A DNA stretch of 13,674 nt from positions 1-13,674 of the forward strand of contig CAVVLJ010000013.1 in the NCBI GenBank assembly GCA_963749075.1, written 5' to 3'. Below, piece after piece: positions 1 to 8,286 of the stretch. The stretch's first letter is position 1. Every line of letters begins with the position of its first letter. Made by a program: the position numbers and the translations under genes. The notes beneath the pieces were generated by a model. That model saw nothing but the letters and a program-made list of their open reading frames with translations, had not been told where the DNA came from and did not search any database. Source of the stretch: an uncultured Pseudomonadota bacterium. Its GTDB lineage: Bacteria; Pseudomonadota; Alphaproteobacteria; JACZXZ01.

Positions 1-861
1 GCATTCCGGTACCTCGACCACGTGCTCGGTCGAGCGCGCAGAGGCGTAGCCGGTGAACTCGGCGAAGGGGCCCTCGGGCTCGCGCACCTTGGCGAGAATG
101 CGGCCCTCGAGCACGATCTCGGCCTGGGCCGGGACCTCGACGGGCACGGTAAGGCCGCGGGTGATCTCGAGCGGCGCTCCCATGAGCCCGCCGGTCACGG
201 CATATTCGTCGCTGGTGATGGGGCCCTTCCACAAGCCGCCGAAGGTGAAGACCGGGTGCGCGCCGATCACGATGGCGATGGGCGTATCGAGGCCGCGCTC
301 CTCGGCGCGCTGCACGTAGTTCCACAGATGCCGCCGGCTATGGAGGCTGGTGCCGAGCCGCGTCTTCCCTTTGAGCTGCATGCGGTGGAAGCTCGCGTTG
401 CGCACGCCGGTATCGGGGTCCTTGGCGACCAGGATGGCGTTGGTGATGTAGGGTCCGGCATCCTCGTGGAAGTGCCGCATGATGGGGAGATAGGCGAGAT
501 CGAGCGACTTGCCGGTGATCGTCACGTCGTGGATGGGGCCGCTCTTGCGCAGGACGGGCTCGATCGTGCGGTCGTTGCGCGCCGCCCACTCCTCGATGAG
601 GCGGTCCTCAGGGACGCCGAGGGCAAGCGCGTAGCGCCTCCGCGCGCCGAAGAGGTTGGTCACCACCGGAAAGGGCGACGCCCCCACATGCTCGAACCAC
701 ACGACCGGTGAGCGGCCGCGGCGCTCCAGCTCCATCACGGTGGCGCTCGTCTCGTAGTCGAGCGCCACGTGCTCGCTGACGCGCAGGATGCCGCGCGGAT
801 CGTCGGCCTCGACGCGGGCGAGAAAGCCGCGCAAGGTGAAATCCTGGGAACGGGCTGCCAT
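1..861 (-). CDS. UbiD-family (prFMN-dependent) decarboxylase, N-terminal 287 codons; runs off the left edge
   Basis: Translated by hand from ATG at 861 (GGAG upstream): MAARSQDFTLRGFLARVE...PVVTNLFG...DAGPYIT...KDPDTGVRNASFHRMQL...AEIVLEG...EGPFAEFTGY. EGPFxEFTGY and N-x-S-x-HR are UbiD hallmarks. No stop before base 1, so the ORF track misses it. Confidence 0.93.
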   Translation of the reverse strand, partial: MAARSQDFTLRGFLARVEADDPRGILRVSEHVALDYETSATVMELERRGRSPVVWFEHVGASPFPVVTNLFGARRRYALALGVPEDRLIEEWAARNDRTIEPVLRKSGPIHDVTITGKSLDLAYLPIMRHFHEDAGPYITNAILVAKDPDTGVRNASFHRMQLKGKTRLGTSLHSRRHLWNYVQRAEERGLDTPIAIVIGAHPVFTFGGLWKGPITSDEYAVTGGLMGAPLEITRGLTVPVEVPAQAEIVLEGRILAKVREPEGPFAEFTGYASARSTEHVVEVPEC

Positions 862-917
862 GGGGTCTCCTCGCTGCTCCGGGCCGACGGCTTGGAACGA
901 GCCGCCGCAGCCGGAGT

Positions 918-1445
918 TTAGCGTACAGCCCCTGCGGCCGCGGCGAAATCCGCAAAGCCCGCCGCCTCGAGCTCGATCCGGCCGTAGCGGCGCTCGCAAT
1001 AGACGAGCGGGCGCCCGCGGCCGAGCTCCACGTCGCACACGGCGCCGATGAGCACGCGATGGGAGTCCCAGGCGAGCTCCCTCACGAGCGTGCAGTCGAA
1101 GGAGGCAAGCGCTCCCACGAGCGCCGGCGAGCCGGTCGCCATGGCCAGCCACTCGGCGGCGGCGAAGCGCTCCTCGCCCTTGGCCTCAGTACGGCCGGCG
1201 AAGACGTTCGAGAGCGCCCATTGCTCGTCCGAGAGGAGGTTGGCGCAGAAGCAGCCGCTTTCGAGGATGGCGTGCATAGCACGGCTTGCGTGGTTGATGC
1301 AGACGAGAAGCGACGGCGGGTCGGCCGAGAGCGAGCAGAGGGCACTCACCGTGACGCCGGCGCGCTCGCCCTTCTCTTGCGTGGTCACGATCGCGACCCC
1401 GCTCGCCGCCTGCCGCATGCCGGCGAGGAACTCCTCGCGCAGCAT
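918..1445 (-). CDS. Flavin reductase (HpaC/RutF-like), reductase partner of a two-component monooxygenase
   Basis: ASGVAIVTT, GVTVSALCSLSADPPSLLVCIN, FCANLLS and DSHRVLIG motifs. The ATG abuts the oxygenase stop (TAGATG). Confidence 0.93.
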   Translation of the reverse strand: MLREEFLAGMRQAASGVAIVTTQEKGERAGVTVSALCSLSADPPSLLVCINHASRAMHAILESGCFCANLLSDEQWALSNVFAGRTEAKGEERFAAAEWLAMATGSPALVGALASFDCTLVRELAWDSHRVLIGAVCDVELGRGRPLVYCERRYGRIELEAAGFADFAAAAGAVR

Positions 1446-2894
1446 CTACATCACCTTGTCGCTGAGGCCGGCCGCCTTCTTGACGAAGGCGAGCGGCTCG
1501 TCGAAGTCGAAGTTGGTGTAGACCGCATTGAGATGCGCGAAGGGCGGCGACTGGGCGAAGAGCTCGAAGGTGAGCCTGTGGCCGGCGTAGTCCGAGTTCA
1601 AGAGGTCGCGCGCGAAGGCCAGGAGCTTGCGCCGGTCCTCGGCACTCCACGCCTCGTTCACGCTGTAGTACTTGTCGAGCCAGGGCTTGGTCTCGGGGTC
1701 GAGGAAGGCGGCGCTGTCGGGGGTCACGCAGATCTGGCCGCCGCAGAGCTCGCGGGCGAGATGCATCATCGCCGGCAGCCGCGAGCAGGCATGCACGCGG
1801 CCGGTGAAGAGGAGCGACTGGTTGGGCATGAGGAGGCCGGCCGGGCTCCTCTCGGCCGCCGCGATCGCCGCCGTGAGATGGGCGTTGATGCCCTCGCGGT
1901 AGCAGGCGAGCTCGGCGAGCTTCTCGCGCACCGCCTGCTGCTTGTCGAGGCCGGTCTGGCGCACGTTGAAGAGTGCTGCGCCGATCAGCATGTCGGCCAC
2001 GTAGAGGATGCGTTGGATGAAGGGGAAGGCGCTGTAGCGGTGCAAGGTCGCGCGGATGAAGCTCGCCGCGCGCGTATGGCGGTAGAACAGCACGTTCTCC
2101 CACGGCACCAGCACGTCGTCGAAGACGATGAGCGTGTCGACCTCGTCGAAGCGGCTGGCAAGCGGATAGTCCGCGGCCGGCGCCCGTCCGGCGAAGCCGG
2201 TGCGGCAGATGTGCTTGATGCCCGGCGAGCCCATCTCGGCGATGAAGCCCACGGCATAGTCGGAGAGCTTGTCGTCGCCCCAGTTGGCGATGGTCGGCTT
2301 GACGAAGGCCTGGTTGGAATAGGCCGCCGCGGTCTCGTATTTGGCGCCGCGCACCACGATGCCGGCATCCGTCTCCTTGGCGACGTGGAGCAGCATGTCC
2401 GGGTCCTGATCCTGCGGCCGCTTGGAGCGGTCGCCCTTGGGATCGGTGTTGGCGGAGACGTGAAAGGGATCGCCATGAAGCGCCTTCTGGATGTGGCGCT
2501 CGACGTTCTTGCTGAACTGCGGGTCGATCTCGTCGAGCACGGCCTTGCCGTCCCAGAGTGACCACAGCTCGCCGATCGTCTCGTCGCCGACGCGGATGAC
2601 GACGCCGCCGATGTCCTTCATCTGGGCGTCGACGTAGCGCCGCTTGTCGTGCCAGTCCTCGCGGCTCTCGGGCAGCTTGAGCGCGCGGTTGCACGGCTCG
2701 TTCGAGCCGCCGTCGAGATAGGACATGAGCTCGCGATAAGCCGGCTCGTGCGCCATGTCGTAGAGGCGCGCGCGCACGTCGACGATCGGCTTGAAGGCGG
2801 GATGCCGGGTCACGTCCGCAACGCGCTCGCCGTTGATCCACACCTGGCGCCCGTCGCGCAAGGAATCGCGGTATTGCTCGCCGGTTCTCAGCAT
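1446..2894 (-). CDS. 4-hydroxyphenylacetate 3-hydroxylase-family (group D) flavin monooxygenase, oxygenase component, 482 aa; substrate unknown
   Basis: Start placed at ATG 2894 (MLRTGEQYRDSLRDGRQVWINGERV, the typical family N-terminus; GGAGGG RBS). Contains GIVVRGAK and YPLASRFDEVDTLIVFDDVLVPWENV. Confidence 0.93.
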   Translation of the reverse strand: MLRTGEQYRDSLRDGRQVWINGERVADVTRHPAFKPIVDVRARLYDMAHEPAYRELMSYLDGGSNEPCNRALKLPESREDWHDKRRYVDAQMKDIGGVVIRVGDETIGELWSLWDGKAVLDEIDPQFSKNVERHIQKALHGDPFHVSANTDPKGDRSKRPQDQDPDMLLHVAKETDAGIVVRGAKYETAAAYSNQAFVKPTIANWGDDKLSDYAVGFIAEMGSPGIKHICRTGFAGRAPAADYPLASRFDEVDTLIVFDDVLVPWENVLFYRHTRAASFIRATLHRYSAFPFIQRILYVADMLIGAALFNVRQTGLDKQQAVREKLAELACYREGINAHLTAAIAAAERSPAGLLMPNQSLLFTGRVHACSRLPAMMHLARELCGGQICVTPDSAAFLDPETKPWLDKYYSVNEAWSAEDRRKLLAFARDLLNSDYAGHRLTFELFAQSPPFAHLNAVYTNFDFDEPLAFVKKAAGLSDKVM

Positions 2895-2935
2895 GTCTCG
2901 CCCTCCATCCTTTCCCGAGGCGCATTGTGCCCAAG

Positions 2936-2968
2936 GCGCCATTCTGCTGTCGGTAGCGCCATTCTGCT
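2936..2968. repeat. 13-bp perfect direct repeat GCGCCATTCTGCT x2 with 20-bp period, in the divergent promoter region
   Basis: Copies at 2936-2948 and 2956-2968; a degenerate copy (GGCGCATTGTGC) lies near 2919-2930. Confidence 0.8.
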
Positions 2969-2996
2969 TGGCCCCCGGCCATTTGGAAAATATAAT
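2968..2996 (+). promoter_or_regulatory. Putative sigma70 promoter of lysR
   Basis: TTGGCC (2968-2973), 17-nt spacer, TATAAT (2991-2996), ending 25 nt before the lysR ATG. Confidence 0.6.
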
Positions 2997-3011
2997 CTCC
3001 TGAACGGCTGC

Positions 3012-3026
3012 ATAGGAAAAGATGAT
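3012..3026. promoter_or_regulatory. Putative LysR recognition site (T-N11-A) overlapping the lysR start
   Basis: ATAG-GAAAAGA-TGAT with T3013-N11-A3025; position fits LysR autoregulation at a divergent promoter. Confidence 0.45.
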
Positions 3027-3936
3027 CCAGTACACCCTGAAGCAGCTCGCCTATTTCGCCGCCGCCGCCGAGCGCGCGAGCGTCACCGCCGCGGCGCGGG
3101 CGCTCCACGTCTCGCAGCCCTCGGTCTCGGCGGCGATCCGGCACCTCGAGGAGGTGCTCGGCCAGCGCCTCTTCCTCCGCCGCCATGCGCAGGGGCTCTC
3201 GCTCACCCCCGCCGGCCGTCACCTCTTCGCCGAGGCGCGGGCGCTCTTGGCGCAAGCCGAGGAGCTCTCCCTCGGCGGCCCGGCCGCCGGCGAGCGCGTG
3301 CGGGGCGAGCTCCATCTCGGCTATTTCGTCACCTTTGCCCCCTATTACCTGCCCGAGCTCCTCTTCCGCTTCGGCGCGCGCCATCCCGAGGTGGCGGTGC
3401 GGCTCCACGAGGGCGACATGGAGACGCTGCGGCGCGAGCTTTCGCTGGGCGCGCTCGATCTGGCGCTCGTTTACGATCTGGCGCTCGGGCCCGGGCTCGC
3501 GCGCGAGCCGCTGGCGGCGCTCAAGCCCTATGCGCTGCTGCCCGCGTCCCATGCCCTCGCGCGCCGCCGCAAGGTGCCGCTCGCGGCCCTCGCGCGCGAT
3601 CCCTTCATCCTCCTCGACCTGCCGCACAGCCGGGAATATTTCCGCGCCATCTTCCTCGCCTACGGCCTCGAGCCCGTGGTGCGCTACACGACGCCGTCGC
3701 TCGAGATGGTGCGCGGGCTCGTGGCGCGCGGCCACGGCGTGGGCCTCCTCAACATCCGTCCGGCGGGCGACCTCGCCTACGACGGCAGCGCGCTTGCCTG
3801 CCGCCCGCTCGCCGAGGAGACGCCCGCCTTGCGCATCGTCCTCGTGCGGCCGGGCGAGGTGCGCCCGACGCGCGCCGCCGAGGCCTTCATCGCCTCGGCA
3901 CGGGAGGGTGCGAACTTGGTGCTGCCACGCGCCTGA
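3022..3936 (+). CDS. LysR-family transcriptional regulator
   Basis: N-terminal HTH TLKQLAYFAAAAERASVTAAARALHVSQPSVSAAIRHLEEVLGQRLF; 304 aa; divergent from the catabolic operon. Confidence 0.96.
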   Translation: MIQYTLKQLAYFAAAAERASVTAAARALHVSQPSVSAAIRHLEEVLGQRLFLRRHAQGLSLTPAGRHLFAEARALLAQAEELSLGGPAAGERVRGELHLGYFVTFAPYYLPELLFRFGARHPEVAVRLHEGDMETLRRELSLGALDLALVYDLALGPGLAREPLAALKPYALLPASHALARRRKVPLAALARDPFILLDLPHSREYFRAIFLAYGLEPVVRYTTPSLEMVRGLVARGHGVGLLNIRPAGDLAYDGSALACRPLAEETPALRIVLVRPGEVRPTRAAEAFIASAREGANLVLPRA

Positions 3937-3972
3937 CGGGCCTGCCCTCGGCTGCCGGGTGCTCGACGGGGT

Positions 3973-4287
3973 TTACGGCCTTGGCTCTTCCGCAGGCCGG
4001 ACCTTGGTGCGGTGGCAGGGAATCTTTTTCAGGCCGTCGCCGATCTCCCGCGCGGCCAGGCGCAGTTCGTAGTTCTTTTGCAGGTTCATCCAGATGTCCG
4101 GGCCGGTGCCAAACCAGCGGCCAAGGCGCAATGCCGTATCGCCGGAAATCCCGCGCTTGCCGCTGATAATCTGCGTGAGCCGGTTTGTCGGAACGGCGAT
4201 CTGCCGCGCAAGTTCATTGGCGCTCATGCCAATGGCTTTCAGCTCGTCGGCCAGGTGCTCTCCGGGGTGTATCAAAATCCGTGTCAT
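3973..4287 (-). CDS. higA: HigA-family antitoxin (Xre HTH)
   Basis: IHPGEHL...LARQIAVPTNRLTQIISGKRGISGDTALRLGRWFGTGPDIWMNLQKNYEL; GAGGA RBS; directly downstream of higB. Confidence 0.93.
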   Translation of the reverse strand: MTRILIHPGEHLADELKAIGMSANELARQIAVPTNRLTQIISGKRGISGDTALRLGRWFGTGPDIWMNLQKNYELRLAAREIGDGLKKIPCHRTKVRPAEEPRP

Positions 4288-4296
4288 GGTGCGTCC

Positions 4297-4578
4297 TCAA
4301 TGATAGGCCACAATCTCCACGTCGGTGGGTCCTGGCGATCGGTCCGGCCACTTGAAGCAAATCCGCCATTGGTCGTTGATGCGGATGCTGTATTCGCCCT
4401 TGCGGTCGCCCTTGAGCGCTTCGAGGCGATTGCCGGGGGTGCTCAAGGCCAGCAAGCGGTCGGCGGCATTGAGCCGGTCGAGGCGCAACATGGCGGACCG
4501 CTCGAACCCTTGAAATGCCGGGACGCGGCGCCCCTCGAAAAACGCCTTTGTCCGCCGGTCGCGAAAACTCAAGATCAT
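4297..4578 (-). CDS. higB: HigB-family (RelE superfamily) toxin, with variant C-terminus VAYH
   Basis: MILSFRD..., PGNRLEALKGDRKGEYSIRINDQWRICFKW; toxin-first gene order. Confidence 0.92.
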   Translation of the reverse strand: MILSFRDRRTKAFFEGRRVPAFQGFERSAMLRLDRLNAADRLLALSTPGNRLEALKGDRKGEYSIRINDQWRICFKWPDRSPGPTDVEIVAYH

Positions 4579-4580
4579 AT

Positions 4581-4616
4581 GCGATATCGCCAGATTGTAC
4601 GATATACGTCAAGCGT
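4581..4616 (-). promoter_or_regulatory. Putative higBA promoter/operator
   Basis: Minus-strand TTGACG-N17-CGATAT just before the ATG, with no obvious RBS (possibly leaderless). Palindrome GCGATATCGC at 4581-4590 and two overlapping ACG-N5-CGT inverted repeats at 4599-4609 and 4606-4616. Confidence 0.5.
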
Positions 4617-4878
4617 CCAATTCGGCGACCGTTCGCGGACTGGCGTCCGGCTCCACGCGCGGCGGGCGGATCGTCTCCGGCAATGTCGCTATGGATTTCG
4701 CGGACGTCCCGCGGTGCCGGCGGGGGCCGGGCTACTCGCAGGGCGGCGGAGCAACCTCGCCGTTGCCCGATTTGCCCGGACGCCACGGCACTGAATTCTG
4801 CTCGAGCCTGCTTTCCGTGCCGGTCCGGCCCCGCGAGTTCATTGGTAAAATCACGCCGAATCAGCTACATATGGCGCC

Positions 4879-7074
4879 ATGGCGCGCAAATCATCGGGAC
4901 GGCGGAACGAGCCGGGACTGTTCGGCTCCTGGCGCAGCGAGCGCCGTCCCTCCGGCATGCGGGGCGAGCGGCTCGACGTGGCCTCGGAGGACGACGACGG
5001 CCGCGGCGGCAAGGGCTGGCGGCAGGCGGTCGGGCTCGGGCCGCGCCCGCCGGCGCCGGCGCCGGAGGCGTGGCACGAGTGGCGCGGCAAGCTCGGCCGC
5101 TCGCTGAAGCGCCACGGCCGCACCCGGGCGCAAGCGCGCGGCTCGCTCCTCGGCCGCTTCTTCCGCTGGGCGGTGACCGCCGCCATCTGGGCCGTGGTGG
5201 CGGTGCTGGCCGTGGTCGCCTATTACAGCCTCAGCCTGCCGGACGTGAGCAGTGCGACGGCGCTCACGCGGCGCCCCGGCGTCACGCTGGTAAGCGCCGA
5301 CGGGCAGACCTTCGCGAGCTACGGCGATCTCTACTACGACGCGGTGCCGCTCAAGGAGATGCCGCCCTATCTCTACAAGGCGGTGCTGGCGACCGAGGAC
5401 CGGCGCTTCTTCGAGCATTTCGGCATCGACCCCCTCGGCATCCTGCGCGCCCTCATCGACGATTTGCGCAGCGGCAAGATCCGCCAGGGCGGCAGCACCA
5501 TCACCCAGCAGCTCGCCAAGAACCTCTTCCTGACCCCCGAGCGCACCATCAAGAGGAAGGCCCAGGAGGTGCTGCTCGCCCTCTGGCTCGAGCACAAGTT
5601 CACCAAGGAGCAGATCCTCACGCTCTATCTCAACCGCGTCTATCTCGGCGCCGGCTGCTACGGCGTCGAGGCGGCGGCGCGCAAGTACTTCGGCAAGTCG
5701 GCGCGCAACTTGAGCCTCTACGAGGCGGCGGTCATCGCCGGCCTCTTGAAGGCGCCCTCGAAGTTCAACCCGGCCGCCAATCCCGATCTCACCGCCGAGC
5801 GCGCCGAGCAGGTGCTGCAGAACATGGTCGAGGCCGGCTTCCTCACGCCGGAGAAGGCCAAGGCCGCCTCCGCCGCGCGCGAGGAGCTCAAGCCCGCCTC
5901 GGTCGCCGCCTGGCGCGGGCGCTACTTCGCCGACTGGGCCATGGACCAGGTGCGCGATCTCCTCGGCTACATCGACCGCGACATCGTGGTGAAGACGACG
6001 CTCGACCAGCACCTCCAGAACCTCGCCGAGGACACGCTCCAGGCGGCCCTCGACAAGGAGGGCGCCAGCCTCGACATCTCCCAGGGCGCCATGGTGGTGC
6101 TCGGCCCCGATGGCGAGGTCAAGGCGCTGGTCGGCGGGCGAGACTACCGCCAAAGCCAGTTCGACCGCGCCGTGCAGGCGCTGCGCCAGCCCGGCTCCGC
6201 CTTCAAGCCGTTCGTCTATCTGGCCGGCCTCGAGCAGGGCTTCACGCCGGACAGCGTCTTCAACGACGCGCCGATCACCATCGGCAACTGGCATCCCGAC
6301 AATTACGACGGCAAGTACATGGGCCGCGTCACCTTGCGCCAGGCGCTCGCGCACTCGCTCAATTCGGTCGCGGCCCAGCTCGCCGAGCGCGCCGGCATCG
6401 CCCACGTGATCGAGGTGGCGCACCGGCTCGGCATCACCTCGGAGCTGCGCAAGGACGCCAGCATCGCACTCGGCACCAGCGAGGTGAGCCTGCTCGAGCT
6501 GACGGCGGGCTATGGCGCCTTCGCCGACGGCGGCAAGGGCATGTGGCCTTACGGCATCCTCGAGATCAGCGACCGCGACGGCCACGTGCTCTATCGCCGC
6601 TCGGGCTCGGGACCGGGCCAGGTGATGACGCCGCAGCAGGACTCCGAGATGCTCGAGATGATGTCCGGCGTGATCGCCTCCGGCACCGGCAAGGCCGCGT
6701 CCATCGGGCGGCCCGCCGCCGGCAAGACCGGCACCACCCAGGACTACCGCGACGCCTGGTTCATCGGCTTCACGCCCGACCTCGTGACCGGCGTCTGGGT
6801 CGGCAACGACGACGGCACGGTCATGAAGAAGGTGACGGGCGGCCGCATCCCGGCCCGCATCTGGCACGACTTCATGATGGCGGCGCTCAAGGACACGCCG
6901 CCCCACGAGTTCCGCAAGCCGGCAACCGGGCTCGATTCCGTGCTGCAGTCGCTCCTCGGCGGCTCTGGCGGCCAGGACCAGGAGGTCGAGCGGCGGCCCG
7001 AGGCGCGCGCGGAGCCCTCCACCCCGGGCGAACCCGTGCTGCTGCCGGGCGGCCACTACAAGGTCAGCCAGTAG
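4879..7074 (+). CDS. Class A bifunctional penicillin-binding protein (PBP1A family transglycosylase/transpeptidase)
   Basis: One TM segment; GT51 motifs EDRRFFEHFGID, GGSTITQQLAKN, RKAQE, KEQILTLYLN; transpeptidase motifs SAFK, SLN, KTG. Confidence 0.97.
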   Translation: MARKSSGRRNEPGLFGSWRSERRPSGMRGERLDVASEDDDGRGGKGWRQAVGLGPRPPAPAPEAWHEWRGKLGRSLKRHGRTRAQARGSLLGRFFRWAVTAAIWAVVAVLAVVAYYSLSLPDVSSATALTRRPGVTLVSADGQTFASYGDLYYDAVPLKEMPPYLYKAVLATEDRRFFEHFGIDPLGILRALIDDLRSGKIRQGGSTITQQLAKNLFLTPERTIKRKAQEVLLALWLEHKFTKEQILTLYLNRVYLGAGCYGVEAAARKYFGKSARNLSLYEAAVIAGLLKAPSKFNPAANPDLTAERAEQVLQNMVEAGFLTPEKAKAASAAREELKPASVAAWRGRYFADWAMDQVRDLLGYIDRDIVVKTTLDQHLQNLAEDTLQAALDKEGASLDISQGAMVVLGPDGEVKALVGGRDYRQSQFDRAVQALRQPGSAFKPFVYLAGLEQGFTPDSVFNDAPITIGNWHPDNYDGKYMGRVTLRQALAHSLNSVAAQLAERAGIAHVIEVAHRLGITSELRKDASIALGTSEVSLLELTAGYGAFADGGKGMWPYGILEISDRDGHVLYRRSGSGPGQVMTPQQDSEMLEMMSGVIASGTGKAASIGRPAAGKTGTTQDYRDAWFIGFTPDLVTGVWVGNDDGTVMKKVTGGRIPARIWHDFMMAALKDTPPHEFRKPATGLDSVLQSLLGGSGGQDQEVERRPEARAEPSTPGEPVLLPGGHYKVSQ

Positions 7075-7113
7075 GCGGCGCGCCCGGCTCGGCGAAGCGG
7101 GGGCGTTGCCGCC
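7074..7113. terminator. GC-rich hairpin between convergent PBP and ada stops, possibly a bidirectional terminator
   Basis: GGCGGCGCGCCC (7074-7085) pairs with GGGCGTTGCCGCC (7101-7113) with one bulge and one G-U pair; no U-tract. Confidence 0.35.
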
Positions 7114-7116
7114 GGT

Positions 7117-8223
7117 TCAAGCGCTCGGCTGCACCGCGGCGCGTGCGCCCGCCGTCGGCGCTTCGCGGGCACGCTCGTGCGCCGCCGCGCGCTCCCTCGC
7201 GAGGAGCGCCTTCTTGCGCGCCACACCCCAGCGGTAGCCGGTGAGATCGCCGCTGCTGCCGACCGCCCGGTGGCAGGGCACGATGAGCGAGACCGGGTTC
7301 GTGGCGCAGGCGCGGCCGACGGCGCGCGCCGCCTTGGGGGCACCCAGGAGGGCGGCGATCTCGCCATAAGTGCGCTGCTCGCCGTAGGGGATGGCGCGAA
7401 GCGCCTGCCACACGCGCCACTGGAACGCCGTCGCCCGCACGTCGAGCGGCAGCTCGAGGCGCGGCACCTGGCCGGCGAGGTGGGCGAGGAGCGCGCGCAG
7501 CACGGCGTCGAGGCCGTGCGCGTCGCGCCGGATCTCGGCGGCCGGGAAATCATGGCGCAGCTCGTGCTCGAGATGCGCGTCCTCGTCGCCGAGGCTCACC
7601 ATGCAGATGCCCTTGTCGGTCGCGGCGACGAGGAGGCGGCCGAGCGGCGAGGCGGCGATCGCATAGCGGATGCTGGCACCGGCGCCGCCGCGCTTATAGG
7701 TGGCCGGCGTCATGCCGAGCTGGCCGTTCGAGCGCTCGTAGAGCCGGCTCGAGGAGCCGTAGCCCGCCTCGTAGAGGGCGCCCGTCACGTCGTCGCCGGC
7801 CTTGAGCAGCCCCTTGACGCGGCGGAGCCGTTGCGCTTCCGCATAGGCCCGTGGGCTGATGCCGATGGCGCGGGTGAAGACGCGCTGGAGATGGTGCGGG
7901 CTGAGCCCGACCGCGGCGCCGAGCTCGGCGAGCGTCACGACGCGCTCGCTCTCCACCTCGATATGACGGCAGGCCTTGCGCACGGCGTCGAGCGCGCGGT
8001 CATGCGGCCGCGTGTCCTTGGGATTGCAGCGCCGGCAGGCGCGGAAGCCGGCGCGCTCGGCCGCCTCGGGCAGGGCGAAGAAGCGCACCATGGCGCGTCC
8101 GGGCCGCCGGCTCGGGCAGGAAGGCCGGCAATAGACGCCGGTCGAGCGCACGGCATAGACGAAGGCTCCGTCCTGTCTCGCATCCGCCGCCAGCACGGCA
8201 TTCCAGCGCTCTTCATCGGTCAT
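7117..8223 (-). CDS. ada: Bifunctional Ada regulator / O6-methylguanine-DNA methyltransferase, about 368 aa
   Basis: Zn-binding CRPSC and FRACRRC, AraC-type HTH (LSPHHLQRVF), active-site PCHR. Start 8223 has GGAG 8 nt upstream; alternative ATG at 8250. Confidence 0.96.
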   Translation of the reverse strand: MTDEERWNAVLAADARQDGAFVYAVRSTGVYCRPSCPSRRPGRAMVRFFALPEAAERAGFRACRRCNPKDTRPHDRALDAVRKACRHIEVESERVVTLAELGAAVGLSPHHLQRVFTRAIGISPRAYAEAQRLRRVKGLLKAGDDVTGALYEAGYGSSSRLYERSNGQLGMTPATYKRGGAGASIRYAIAASPLGRLLVAATDKGICMVSLGDEDAHLEHELRHDFPAAEIRRDAHGLDAVLRALLAHLAGQVPRLELPLDVRATAFQWRVWQALRAIPYGEQRTYGEIAALLGAPKAARAVGRACATNPVSLIVPCHRAVGSSGDLTGYRWGVARKKALLARERAAAHERAREAPTAGARAAVQPSA

Positions 8224-8286
8224 GGCACAGGCTCCGCATTCGTTGGTCATGGCCCATAGATACGCCGCCGCCGGAGCGTGGGCTAT

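Noticed and set aside
1-15. UbiD frame ends VEVPEC, possibly a foreign contig tip
   Set aside because: Too short to distinguish from ordinary divergence.
22-711. 229-aa plus-strand ORF
   Set aside because: Antisense shadow of the UbiD gene; no recognisable motifs.
2895-3035. 47-aa N-terminal extension of the oxygenase
   Set aside because: Covers the promoter and the lysR start; the family N-terminus and RBS are at 2894.
3937-3972. Hairpin between the lysR and higA stops
   Set aside because: Short, interrupted, dependent on G-U pairs and without a U-tract; compatible with chance.
1059-4166. Long ORFs 1059-2561, 1186-3735 and 2649-4166
   Set aside because: Arg/Ala/Gly-rich off-frame or antisense ORFs over well-supported genes, expected at high GC.
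4595-5107. 170-aa ORF across the higB-PBP intergenic region
   Set aside because: No RBS or motif, and it overlaps the PBP gene out of frame.
4515-7244. 909-aa plus-strand and 721-aa minus-strand ORFs over the PBP gene
   Set aside because: Alternate-frame and antisense shadows caused by GC3 bias.
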